The notes under the pieces are model-generated. The model had not been told where the DNA came from, did not search any database, and saw nothing but the letters and a program-made list of their open reading frames with translations. DNA of 64,000 nucleotides from an uncultured delta proteobacterium (GTDB lineage Bacteria > Desulfobacterota > Desulfuromonadia > Desulfuromonadales > JACZKF01). The position numbers and the translations under genes are program-made. Positions 9,233-19,900 of this stretch are shown here, piece after piece (positions within the stretch are counted from its first letter, which is position 1; the number at the start of each line of letters is the position of its first letter). Location: positions 96,001 to 160,000 of the forward strand of contig CAWFKQ010000007.1 in NCBI GenBank assembly GCA_963816395.1. The letters are read 5' to 3'.

Positions 9233-10135
9233 CTAGCCTTTGCCTTCGAGGCGATCGAGCATATTTTCGATCTCGTCCAGTTCGCCAAAGCTCTCCGGCT
9301 GCGCCAGCTCGCTCAGGGGCTGGCGCAGCAGCCCGAGATCGCCGGCAACGCTGTTGACCACCTGAGGGGAAACCTCGGTCAACTTACGCAGGAACGTCTC
9401 AAAGAGGCAATTGTCGCAGATGGTATTGATCAGCCTCGGCACGCCGCCGGCGAAGCGGTGAATTACCGGGATGCTGTCGGCGGCAAACAGCATCCGCTCG
9501 GCTCCGGCCACCTGAAGCCGGTGCTTGATATAGGCATGGGTCGTCTCAGCGGTGAGGGAGTGGAGGTGACATTTGATCGCCACCCGCTGGGCGAGAGGCT
9601 CATCGAGGCGCAGGCAATCCTCGACTTCAGTGAGCCCGAAAAAGACGATATTCAGCAGTTTCTTGCCGGGAATTTCCAGATTGAGCAGGCCGCGAAATTC
9701 CTCCATCAGCTCCCGGGTCTGGAGCATCTGCGCCTCATCGATGAGCACTACCGCCCGCCGCCCGGCGGCCTCGATCTGCAGCAGCCGTTCATAAAGCTGC
9801 TTGAGAATGGTCAGGCGGTCGGTGCCCGGGTTTTCCACTCCCAGCTGCATGGCGATGCGGGTAAGAATCCATTCCGGCGTCACCCCGGAGTGGACCATTA
9901 CCAGCAGGGAGGATTCGTATCTGGCTTCCGGCAGTGCATCGAGCATCCGCCGGGCCAGAGTGGTTTTACCGGTTCCCACACCCCCGACCAGCACCGCCAG
10001 CCCCTTGTTGGAGTCGACCGCGTACATCAGGCGCACCAAGGCCTGCCTGTGCTGCAGGGTATCATAATAAAACCGGGCATCCGGAGCATTGGAGAAAGCC
10101 TCCCGCGCCAGGCCGAAATACTCCGCGTAACTCAT
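9233..10135 (-). CDS. ExeA/GspA-like AAA ATPase (no peptidoglycan-binding domain)
   Basis: Y.EYFGL..EAFSNAPD, GGVGTGKTT, LIDEAQ, LAQRV, GVPRLINTICDNCL. Confidence 0.9.
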   Translation of the reverse strand: MSYAEYFGLAREAFSNAPDARFYYDTLQHRQALVRLMYAVDSNKGLAVLVGGVGTGKTTLARRMLDALPEARYESSLLVMVHSGVTPEWILTRIAMQLGVENPGTDRLTILKQLYERLLQIEAAGRRAVVLIDEAQMLQTRELMEEFRGLLNLEIPGKKLLNIVFFGLTEVEDCLRLDEPLAQRVAIKCHLHSLTAETTHAYIKHRLQVAGAERMLFAADSIPVIHRFAGGVPRLINTICDNCLFETFLRKLTEVSPQVVNSVAGDLGLLRQPLSELAQPESFGELDEIENMLDRLEGKG

Positions 10136-10156
10136 GCCTCCTCCCAATGGCCAACG

Positions 10157-12257
10157 CTATACATACGATACCCGGTTCCTGGCGCCCCCGGTCCCGCTGC
10201 CGCCTGCTTCAAGGCCAAGACGCTGGCGAAGACTGGCTACCCGCTCACCGGCCTGACGGTAGAAAAGATCCCGATCAGCGACATACTGGAAACATTCCAG
10301 GGCATCGGGGAGCCGCCCCCAGGCTTCATAGAGTTCACCCATTTCGTAATGCAGGCTGACCCGTTCGCTCTCGGCCAGATGGGGCCGGTCCAGACCCGCC
10401 TTGAAAGCGCTTTCCGCCTTTTCCCGATCCCCCTTCTCCAGCAGGCAGATCCCTTTGAGGATCAGGCAGGGCACGGCGCGCGTCGGGTCCCGCATGGCCT
10501 TGTCGAACTCGCCAACGGCATCGTCGAGCAGGCCCATCTCCTTGTAGGCAATCCCCAGATTATAGTGGGATTCCGGATCCTCGACCTCGACGTCGGTTTT
10601 GATCCTTTTCGGCACCGAGGGGCACGGGGATTCCTCCCCTTGCGAGAGTCTCATCAGGCTCCAGGGAATCCAGGTCGATAAGTTCGGCCCCCAGATCGAA
10701 ATAACTTTCCTGGGGACTCTCAGCGGCGGCCTTGCCGGTTCTCCCCGGGACCGTTTCATCCAGCGTCAGCTCGGGCAGACTCTCCTCCGGCTCAATCTCA
10801 AAATCTGCGAGTTCCATCGGCTCGTCAATTTCGCCGGTGAGCTCAGCCGCTGGCTTTTCGGTCTCCAAGAGATAAACATCATCCTGAGATTCCAGTTCCA
10901 GCTCAAGCTCAAATTCGAGCTCCAACTCGATTTCCATTTCCGCTTCCGGAGCGATCTCGGCTTCAGCCTCCTGGGCAGACTCCGGTTCCGCCACCGGTCC
11001 GGCAACCACCGGCGACAGTTCGATCTCCTCGAGAAACTCCAGAGGGATCTCTTCCGGTTCTCCCGTGACCGCAACCTCTACCGGCAATTCGATCTCTGCC
11101 TCTTCCACCATTTCGGTGAGTTCGGCAATCTCCAGCAGCTCCTCCTGATCGGCTGCCGGATCATCGGTCGGCGCGCAGTCCCGCTCGGCAAAGGTTGGCG
11201 AGGGTGCCGAGCGCGACTCTTTCGGCTCGGGAGCGCCTCCCCGCACTTCTCCGCCCTGGCCAATGGAGCCAATGGCCTGGAGAACACGTTTCTCCTGCGG
11301 CAGGGCAGCCTTCAGCTGTCCGTACATTTCTCTCAGCAGCTCGGTTCGGCCGGCTTCGAGAAAACTCCCCTGCCATTCTTCCAGTTCGTCGAGGACCTTA
11401 CCGAACTCCCGCGCCTCCAGGCCGGCCCGCAACCGGGCCTCGCGCCACCCGAGATCCTCGGGGTGCTTAGCGAGCAACTGCTGCCAGATCAGCCACTCGT
11501 CCGCGAAGCCCCCTGGCACCGGTACCCTTCCGCCAGTGCCCGCAAAATCCTGTCGTTTTCCGGATCCTGCGACAACACTTCGTTCAACAGAGAAATTCCC
11601 CGAGTAATCTCGCCTTTGTGGATAAGAGCTTCCCCCAGGCCGATCTTCAGGACCGGGTCTTGGGGAAATTTGCTCAGGAACAGCTCATGGATTTTCAGAG
11701 CACGGCCGTCATCGCCGGCAAGCCCGTCGAGAATCTCCTGCAGTTCCTGCCGCGCCTGTTCCTCGTTTCCTGCCTGCAGGTTGATCTCGACAATCTTGAC
11801 CCGCAGATTGAGGTTGTCCGGCTCCAGTTCCCGCATTTTCTGCAGGACCTTGGCTTGCCTCGGAATACATCCGGTTTTTTTCATAATGGCCAGCCAGGTT
11901 CCGGTACTCGGCGAGTGCGTTGCCGGTCAGCCCCTGTTTTTCATTCAGCTCGGCCAGCCGGTTGTAGAACTCCGGGCGGCTGGGATCGAGTTTCTGCATC
12001 TGTTTGTAGACGGCGATCGCCTTCAGGTAGAATCCGGTTTCGGCGTAATGCCGGGCGACAGCTTCATACTGCTCCAGGGCCTCCTCCGGCGCCTGCGCAC
12101 GGCTGAGGAGTTCTGCCAGTTTTTGCCGGTTGCGAACGTCTTTAGGGTCCGCTTCGACAATCTTCTGGTAGTCCTTGACAGCCTTGCCGATCTGCCCTTT
12201 CTGCAGGTTCTTCTGGGCCGAGACTAGAAGTTTTTCTTTAACGGACAATGTGATCAC
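10157..12257 (-). CDS. Large TPR protein with acidic linker, SgmX-like (about 3 frameshifts)
   Basis: N-terminal TPRs, Glu-rich linker, C-terminal TPRs starting SHYNLGIAYKEMGLLDDA; four ORF fragments. Confidence 0.75.
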
Positions 12258-12289
12258 CCATCAGACTGGCGTATCGATGCAATTCTCTG

Positions 12290-12319
12290 ACTGTAAACTA
12301 TGAGCAGTTACCCTGTCAA
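12290..12319 (-). promoter_or_regulatory. Possible sigma70 promoter for TPR-exeA-mutL-miaA-hfq
   Basis: TTGACA-N18-TACAGT in AT-rich spacer. Confidence 0.45.
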
Positions 12320-12410
12320 GGCATAATGAAAGCCGTTTTTATTGAAAAAACAATATCATAGGCATCAAAAGGCATACCCCTTCCAACCACTTTCACCGGT
12401 CCCCGGCCGA

Positions 12411-13121
12411 TCAAAGGCGCCGCAAGCGATCGACCTCTGCACGGGTCAGCCGACGAAAATCTCCCGGCGCCAGATCGCCAAGTTCGAGAAAGGCAAAACG
12501 GATGCGCTTGAGGCGGCTCACCGGATTGCCGACGGCTTCGCACATGCGCCGAACCTGGCGGTTGCGCCCCTCGTGAATGGTGATCTCCACCCAGGTGTGA
12601 GTGCCGACCCGCCGCACCCGGTCGACCCGGGCGGGGGCAGTCGGGCCATCCTCCAGTTCCACCCCTTTCTCCAGCCGTCGTTTTGCTTCTTCGCTGAGAA
12701 GACCGCGGATCCGGGCCAGGTAGGTCTTTTCCACCTGGTGCCGCGGATGGGCAAGGCGATGCGCCAGGGCGCCGTCATTGGTCAGCAGAAGCAGTCCCTC
12801 GGTGGTGAGATCGAGGCGGCCAACGGGAAAAAGCCGGGCCGGGATTTCCCGAACCAGGTCGGTGACCACCGCCCGTCCCTGTGGATCGCGAACGCTGGTG
12901 ACATAGCCGGCCGGTTTATTGAGCAGGATATAATGCTTTTCCTCGGCCGCGGCCAGCAGCTGCCCGTCGACTTCGATATGGTCCGTCGCGGGATCAGCTG
13001 AATCGCCGAGGCCCGCCGGGCGGCCATTCACTGTCACCCGGCCGGCGACGATCCATTGTTCCGCCTCCCGGCGGGAGGCAAGGCCGCAGGCCGCGATGAT
13101 TTTCTGCAGACGTTCACGCAT
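12411..13121 (-). CDS. rluB: rRNA pseudouridine synthase, RsuA/RluB family
   Basis: ERLQK..A..G.ASRR S4 domain, VGRLD, EGRNRQVRRM; follows scpB. Confidence 0.88.
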   Translation of the reverse strand: MRERLQKIIAACGLASRREAEQWIVAGRVTVNGRPAGLGDSADPATDHIEVDGQLLAAAEEKHYILLNKPAGYVTSVRDPQGRAVVTDLVREIPARLFPVGRLDLTTEGLLLLTNDGALAHRLAHPRHQVEKTYLARIRGLLSEEAKRRLEKGVELEDGPTAPARVDRVRRVGTHTWVEITIHEGRNRQVRRMCEAVGNPVSRLKRIRFAFLELGDLAPGDFRRLTRAEVDRLRRL

Positions 13122-13131
13122 GCTGGTAACC

Positions 13132-13218
13132 AAGTGAGGTCGTGAGGCAGGGAGTAGCTGAGCCGGGAGGGAGGAAGTATTTTAGTATCTCGCTCGCTCA
13201 CTACTTGCTATCTCACTT
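13132..13218. repeat. Head-to-head degenerate octamer array
   Basis: AAGTGAGG TCGTGAGG CAGGGAG... then TATCTCGC TCGCTCAC TACTTGC TATCTCAC TT. Confidence 0.7.
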
Positions 13219-13222
13219 TCGT

Positions 13223-13768
13223 TCATGCCAAAGCGCTCGGCTGCTCCGGGGCCAGTTCGCTGAACTCCCGCAGGGTGGGGAGTCCGGAGAGGTCACGCAA
13301 CCCGAAGAACTCGAGAAATTCCCGGGTGGTGCCGTAAATGATCGGCCGCCCGGGGATGTCTTTTTTCCCCAGGATGCGCACCAGGTGCTTGTCAAGCAGC
13401 GTCTTCAGCACACCGCCTGAATCCACCCCTCGAAAATACTCTATTTCTGCCCGGGTGACCGGTTGCCGGTAGGCAATGATCGCCAGCGTTTCCAGGGCGG
13501 CACGAGAGAAGCGGAAAGGACGGCTACGATTCAGCCGTCGCATCCAATCGAAGTGTTCCGGACGGGTGCGGAACTGGTATCCCTCGGCCACTTCCTGCAG
13601 GATAAAACCTCTTCGCGCCTCCCGGTACTCCGCCGACAATTCATCCAGCACCACCTGGAGACGTCCCCGCTCGATCTCCAGCACTTCGGCCAGGCGTTCG
13701 GGCCGCAGGGGCACTTCGGAAATGAAAATCAGCCCTTCCACAACAGCTTTAAGCTCAGCCGTATCCAA
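13223..13768 (-). CDS. scpB: SMC-Scp complex subunit ScpB
   Basis: SRAALETLAIIAYRQPVTRAEIE..RGVDS, PGRP..YGTT..FL..FGL; TTG start inferred. Confidence 0.94.
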   Translation of the reverse strand: MDTAELKAVVEGLIFISEVPLRPERLAEVLEIERGRLQVVLDELSAEYREARRGFILQEVAEGYQFRTRPEHFDWMRRLNRSRPFRFSRAALETLAIIAYRQPVTRAEIEYFRGVDSGGVLKTLLDKHLVRILGKKDIPGRPIIYGTTREFLEFFGLRDLSGLPTLREFSELAPEQPSALA

Positions 13769-14529
13769 GGGAATCCTCCGCCAACGGCAGATCGGCCTCA
13801 TCACCGACGGACACTGCCGGGAAAATCCATATCCCGCCATAGCGGGTATTCTGCATCAGCCGTAGCAGCCGCATCTTGACCAACTCCAGCATGGCCAGGA
13901 AGGTCACCACCACTTCCTGCCGATCGGGCCGCTCGCTGAACAGGTCGCGGAAATCAAGGCTATCCCGGCCGGAGAGGAGAAAGAGGATACGGTTGATGCG
14001 GTCGGTAACCGAGAGCTGCTCGGCATTGACTTCGTGCACGGCCGCCTCCGGGCTCTCCTGGAGCAGGGCGCGAAAGGCTTCCATCAGTTCATAGAGGCCA
14101 ACCGCCTCCAGCGGTTCCTCCACCGGCTGCCCCTCCAGTTCGGGGGCCGGGAACCGGCGGGCGAAGACTTCGCGCTCCAAAATCGGGAGGGCATCAAGAT
14201 CGGCCGCCGCTTCCTTGTATTTCTGGTATTCCAGCAACCGCCGCACCAGCTCGGCCCGCGGATCCTCTTCTTCCTCCTCGCCGGTTTCCTCCTCATTTGT
14301 CGGCGGCAGGAGCATTCGTGACTTTATGTGCAGCAGGGTGGCCGCCATCAGCAGGAATTCTCCAGCCAACATCCAGGTTGAGGCTCTTCATTTCATCCAG
14401 GGAAGCCAAGTACTGGGTGGTGATCTCGGCCATGGGGATATCATAAACGTCCATCTCGTTTTTACGGATAAGATGGAGCAGCAGATCGAGAGGTCCTTCG
14501 AAATTCTCCAGGTGGATTTCGTAGGCCAT
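13755..14529 (-). CDS. scpA: Segregation and condensation protein ScpA (frameshift near 14370)
   Basis: FEGPLDLLLHLI, AATLL.IKSRMLLP, VTFLAMLEL. Confidence 0.93.
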
Positions 14530-14534
14530 CGGCT

Positions 14535-15218
14535 TTACCGCGGGAGGAGAAAATGGATGGCCCGCTCCACCATGAACACCTGAGGGCCGGCGAGCAGGCT
14601 GACAATGGCGGAGATCATCGGCGCCAGGACCATGCCCCAGAGATTGGTGAAGAAGATCAGAAAGATTATCAGGATGAAGCCGAAGGGTTCCAGCCGGGAC
14701 AAGGCCTGGGCCGGCCGTGGGGGGAGGAGCCCGGTCAGGACCCGACCGCCATCCAGGGGAGGGAGCGGCAAAAGGTTGAATACCCCCAGGATGACATTGA
14801 TATACAGACTGATCGCCACCATCAGGCCGAGCGGCTCGAGCAGCCGGGACAGGGTATCCTCGGCGGCAAAAACCTGCGGCACCAGGTGCAGGGTGCGCAG
14901 GAAAAGGGCAGAGAGGCCAGCAAGGAAGAAATTCGTCAGCGGCCCCGCCAGGGCGACCCAGATCATGTCCTGTCGAGGACGGCGCAGGTTGTTGAAGTTG
15001 ACCGGCACCGGCCGTGCCCAGCCGAAACCGAAATACAGCAGGGCGATGGTTCCGATGGGATCGAGGTGGCGCAGGGGATTGAGGGTCAGGCGCCCGAGCA
15101 GACGGGCGGTGGGGTCGCCGAGCCGCTCGGCTACGTAGCCGTGAGAGACCTCATGCAGGGTGACGGCAAACAGCGCGGGCACCAGCATGATCGAGATTTT
15201 GGCCAGCAGACTTTCCAT
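14535..15218 (-). CDS. Site-2 protease, peptidase M50 family
   Basis: HEVSH, GDPTAR..GRLTLNP, FNLLPLPPLDGG. Confidence 0.92.
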   Translation of the reverse strand: MESLLAKISIMLVPALFAVTLHEVSHGYVAERLGDPTARLLGRLTLNPLRHLDPIGTIALLYFGFGWARPVPVNFNNLRRPRQDMIWVALAGPLTNFFLAGLSALFLRTLHLVPQVFAAEDTLSRLLEPLGLMVAISLYINVILGVFNLLPLPPLDGGRVLTGLLPPRPAQALSRLEPFGFILIIFLIFFTNLWGMVLAPMISAIVSLLAGPQVFMVERAIHFLLPR

Positions 15219-15310
15219 CGGGATCCTTGGGAGAGGAAGCACCGTCTTTGTAGCAGATCGGGGGGCGCGAAGTCAATCTGGGTGAGCAATTGCGGAAAAG
15301 GTTCCGACCG

Positions 15311-17963
15311 CTATCCGGCGTCGGTTTTCGCTGACGGGAAGCGCCGGCGCACCAGGGCGATTTCATCGTCACGGGTGGTGACCCGGCCGTTGAGGCGGGC
15401 ATCGCGCAGCACGTGTAGAATTTTTTTATAGACCGGTCCCGGTGGGAACCCCATTTCTCGCAGATCGTTCCCCGAAAGCAGGGGAGCTACCCCGCGCAGG
15501 TGAGTGAAATAATGCGAGACCCAGCGTCGCACCTCCTCGCCGCCCGCCCTCGCCATGATGTAGAGCAGGACTTCTGCCGGCATTGGGTCCAGTCGGTGAA
15601 AAAGCTCGCTCGGCCGCGGCGGGGCGCGCCGGACCCGTTGCTTCTCCAGCAACTGCAGGATGTGGTGCGCCAGTTCGCGTTTTTCCAGCAGCACATCGAG
15701 GTAGCGGACGGGCAGATCGAGTCGGTGGCTGATCCCGGTAACCGCGTCGCGGTCCAGGTCATCCAGCAGGCAGAGGAAATAGACCAGCCATTTTTCACAG
15801 GGCTCGCCGGTGTAAAGCAGGTCGTACCAGTGGACGATCCGATTGGCCGCCTCGAACAGGGAACGGGTAGCGGCGCGCAGAGACAGTGCCGGGTGGATGA
15901 ACTTGAGCAGGTCAAGATCGGCCATCCGCAGGACGGCCGGCAGGGGATCGCTCTCCTTGAGGATAAGGATCAGTTCATTGAGCACCCGACGACCCCCGAC
16001 CCGGTCGAGAAAGCCCATGCGGACCGCACCGCGCAGCAGAAACTCGGTGTGGCGACCAAGGTGAAAGCCGAGGCGCTGCTCGAAACGGATGGCACGGAAA
16101 ACCCGTGTCGGGTCCTCGACGAAACTCAGATTGTGCAGAATACGAATGGCCCTGTCCTTGAGATCGCGCTGGCCGCCGAAGAAATCGAAAAGTTCACCGT
16201 AGTGCGGGCCGTTCAGGGCAATCGCCAGGGTATTGATGGTGAAATCCCGTCGGTAGAGATCGAGCTTGATGGAAGCATTCTCCACCGTCGGCAGGGCGCC
16301 CGGCTCCACGTAATACTCCATTCGAGTGGAAGCGACATCCACCTTGAAACCATCCGGATGGATGATCACCGCCGTCCCGAACTTCCGGTGGGTGCGGATC
16401 CGGCAGCCGTGCCGGCGGGCATACTCCACGGCAAAGGCGATCCCGTCTCCCTCTACCACCAGATCGATATCGAGGTTCTCCTGCCGCAGCAGCAGATCGC
16501 GGACGAAGCCGCCGACGGCGAAGACGCTGACCCCCAGGGCATCGCCAATCGCCCCCATATCCCGTAAAATGCCGGTGATCCGCTCCGGCAGCTGATCCCG
16601 CAGCAGCCGGGCAACGTGGCGCTTTCTCAGGGTCAGGCCGCCGGTCTCTGCCGCTGCCCCGGCCGGGCGCCGGCGTCGGGCTCCGGCCACCATGTGGCGC
16701 AGCAGGTCGGTACGGGTGACGCAGCCGACCAGTCGCTCCCCTTGCATGACCGGGACGAAGCGCTGGTTGTGATCGACGACCAGCTCCTGCAGCGTTTCCA
16801 CCGGCGTATCCGGCGCAACGGCAGTGAATTCGCCGCTCATCAATTCCCCGGCGGGCAGGTTCGAGAGGCCGTGGTGGGCCGCCTTTTCCACCACCTGTCG
16901 GGTGAGAATGCCGACTACCCGCCCGTTTTCCGTAACCGGCAGGGCATTGATGCTGTAACGGGTGAGAATATCCCGCACGGTGGCGATGGAATCCTCCCGG
17001 TCGGCCGTCTTCACCGGCGAGGACATCAGGTGGTGCACCTCCCAGCGGGGATTGACGTGTTTCTTCAATACCGGGGGAAGCCGCTCCAGCACCTGTACCA
17101 GGGTGAGGTCCCGAAGGGTGCCGGCCGCGGCGAAGCTGTGCCCGCCGCCGCCGAATTCCGCCAGGATATCCCCCATGGGAACTTCCGGCACCCGGGAGCG
17201 GCCAACCAGGAAGATCCGCTCCCCCATCCGCACGGCGACGATCAGCGCCTCGAGGTTCTCCATGTCCTTGAGCTTGTGGGCCAGCACCGCCAGATCGCCG
17301 ACGAATTCCTCGACCGTGGCATGGGCGATGGAGATTTCGAAGCCGTTCACCGTCAGCACTGTGCGGGAGTGAATAAGCTGGTGCAGGAGTTCCACCTGCT
17401 CGGCGGAGAGTTCCTGGGTCAGGAATTCAGCCACCGTATTGAGATTTGCGCCATGGCCGAGGAGAAAGGCGGCGGCATGATAATCGCGGATGGTGGTGGA
17501 GGCGAAGGTGAGATTGCCGGTGTCTTCATAGATGCCCAGCATCATGACGGTGGCTTCCTCCGGGGTGGGTTCAATTCCCCGCTCCCGGAAGATCTCGGTC
17601 AGCACGGTGACCGTTGCCCCGACCGGCTCGATATGCTGCACCGCCGCCTGCGATACCGGATTTTCCCGGATGATGATCGTAGACGTGTACCTCAACCCCC
17701 CGGCGAACCACTTCCGCAAAGGGGCCGATCCTCTCCGCCTGCCGGACATCGACCAGAATCAGGCGGGTGACGGCATCCAGGTCAAAATCCCGCAACCGCT
17801 GGAAATCTTCCGGGTTGGCGCCGCCGCGCAGGAAAAACTCGCGCACGCCGCGCTCCTGGGCGCCGGAAAAGACCATGGCTGCGCCGGGATAGAGCCGGCG
17901 TGCCGCCACCATGGCGCCGACACAATCGAAATCCGCGTTCAGGTGGGTGGTTATGACATCCAT
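15311..17963 (-). CDS. DHH-CBS-domain tRNA nucleotidyltransferase, probably A-adding (frameshift near 17670)
   Basis: TTH.NADFD, YDHH, GGGGH, CBS pair, VGGFVRDLLL..DIDLVV, DLYRRDFTIN, EDPTRVFRA.RF. Confidence 0.9.
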
Positions 17964-17972
17964 AAGGAGAAA

Positions 17973-18040
17973 CCAGGTTCAAGGTGAAAGGGTAAAGGTT
18001 CAAGATGATAGAACAATCTTGCACCTTGACCTTGTACCTC
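17973..18040. repeat. Head-to-head heptamer array (CAAGGTT family)
   Basis: CCAGGTT CAAGGTG AAAGGGT AAAGGTT CAAGATG ... CTTGCAC CTTGAC CTTGTAC. Confidence 0.8.
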
Positions 18041-18042
18041 CT

Positions 18043-18978
18043 TCAAAGCTGAAGACTGCCGATCAACTGCCGGACGTCTTCGATTCCCTCCTCGATCAGG
18101 AACTGCTCTATGCCGGTGATGATTTCAGGCATGGCCCCCGGATCGACGAAATTCGCGGTCCCCACCTGTACGGCAGTGGCGCCAACAATGAGAAATTCGA
18201 GGGCGTCCGCCGAGCGGGCGATGCCGCCGATGCCGATCACCGGCACTTTAACCGCCTGCACCACTTGATGCACCAGGCGCACCGCAATCGGCCGAATGGC
18301 CGGACCGGAAAGGCCGCCGGTGCAGTTGGCCAGGCGCGGTCGCCGACTGCGGACATCCACCGCCATGCCGGTGATGGTATTGATGCAGCTGATGGCATCG
18401 GCGCCGGCTTCCTCGACGGCGCGGGCGACCACCGTGATGTCGGTGACGTTGGGGGTCAGCTTGACGATCAGCGGCTTATGCAGATGCCGGCGCACCAGGC
18501 TGACCACCTCGTGGGCACACCGCGGATCGGTGCCGAAGACGATCCCTCCCTGCTTGACGTTGGGGCAGGAGATATTGAGCTCGCAGCCGGCAATCTCCGG
18601 GATATCTGAGAGGCGGCGGGCGATCTCCCCGTATTCCTCGAGGGTATTGCCGAAAAAATTGGCGATTACCGGCGTATTGACCTGCCGCAGAAAGGGCAGC
18701 TTGTCCCGGATGAAGGCATCCACTCCCACATTCTGCAGGCCGATGGCGTTGAGCATGCCGCCGACCGTCTCGGCGATGCGCGGGGTCGGGTTGCCGGCTT
18801 TCGGCTTGAGGGACAGCCCTTTGGTGACGATCGCCCCCAGGCTTTCCAGATCGAGATAGGGGGCGAATTCTTCTCCGTAGCCGAAGGTGCCGGAAGCCGG
18901 CATCACCGGGTTCTTCAGCTTGATCCCGGCAATTTCGACGGCGAGACTGGGGCGTTTTTTCGTCTTTTTGTTCATCAT
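18043..18978 (-). CDS. pyrD: Dihydroorotate dehydrogenase B, catalytic subunit
   Basis: ASGTFGYG, GMLNAIGLQN, ELNISCPNV, VKLTPN, GGLSGPAI. Confidence 0.96.
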   Translation of the reverse strand: MMNKKTKKRPSLAVEIAGIKLKNPVMPASGTFGYGEEFAPYLDLESLGAIVTKGLSLKPKAGNPTPRIAETVGGMLNAIGLQNVGVDAFIRDKLPFLRQVNTPVIANFFGNTLEEYGEIARRLSDIPEIAGCELNISCPNVKQGGIVFGTDPRCAHEVVSLVRRHLHKPLIVKLTPNVTDITVVARAVEEAGADAISCINTITGMAVDVRSRRPRLANCTGGLSGPAIRPIAVRLVHQVVQAVKVPVIGIGGIARSADALEFLIVGATAVQVGTANFVDPGAMPEIITGIEQFLIEEGIEDVRQLIGSLQL

Positions 18979-19834
18979 GACTTGCATCCCTCGCAGTAGC
19001 CGTTCTCCTCCCCCAACCGGCTCCAGTCCAGCTGTTCGGCCCGGAACACCGGGCCTTCCTTGCAGCTGCAGAGATAACGGGGGTTCTCCTGGCTGTGACC
19101 GGCGCCCTTGACCACGCAGCCCAGACAGGCACCGACGCCGCAGGCCATCAGCGCCTCCAGGGAAACCTGCAGGGGGACGCCGCGGGCGGCACAGATCCGG
19201 TAGACCGCCTCGATCATCGGCATCGGCCCGCAGGCGAAGACCGCAGCCTGGGGGTATTTATCGAGCTTGCGCTGCAGCACCTGGGTGACCAGCCCTTCCT
19301 CACCCAGGCTGCCGTCGTCGGTCGAAACATAGGTTTCCACCCCCAGCCGCTCGAATTCGGTAACCGCCAGGATATCGTCCCGGGTGCGGCCTCCCATCAA
19401 CAGGCGCACACTGCTGTGCCGGACGAGTTCCCCGGCCAGCATATACAGGGGGACCAGCCCGATGCCGCCGCCGACTAGAATTTTCTCCTGCCCAGGCGCT
19501 CCGGGGTCGAATCCTTTGCCCAAGGGGCCCGAGAACCTCCACCCGGTCTCCCGCGTGCAGTTCACGCATGATGCCCGTCCCGCTTCCGACCACCTTGTAG
19601 AGGATTTCCAGGTATTCCTTGGGCGGCTGCCCTTCGCAGTCGGGCGGCAGAAAGCCGGTGCGAAAAATACCGAAAGGGCCGGCGCAGCAGAGGCGGCAGC
19701 GCCATCTGCACACGGAACATGACAAATTGTCCCGGCTTGGCCAGTGCCCCGAAGCCGGGCGTCAGGATCCGCATCCGGTGATAGCCGGGCGAAATTTCCT
19801 GGTTGGAAAGAATAATCGTCTTGTAATTTTTCAT
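18975..19834 (-). CDS. pyrK: Dihydroorotate dehydrogenase electron transfer subunit (two frameshifts)
   Basis: PGQFVM, LLRRP, GPLG.GF, GGGIG, MACGVGACLGC, C.EGPVF. Confidence 0.92.
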
Positions 19835-19863
19835 CAGTTCATTCTCTCTCCAGCAGACATTCT

Positions 19864-19879
19864 CGGGGATTAATCCCCG
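19864..19879. promoter_or_regulatory. Perfect 16-bp palindrome between rimI and pyrK
   Basis: CGGGGATTAATCCCCG. Confidence 0.45.
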
Positions 19880-19900
19880 GCGACGGACAGCCGACCGTCC

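Noticed and set aside
10885..10945. Hexamer-like repeat in the TPR gene
   Set aside because: Explained by the ELELE low-complexity peptide with synonymous variation.
6449..12227. Long plus-strand ORFs 6449..7924, 8924..10681, 10599..12227
   Set aside because: Antisense to miaA, mutL, exeA and the TPR gene; no recognisable protein features.
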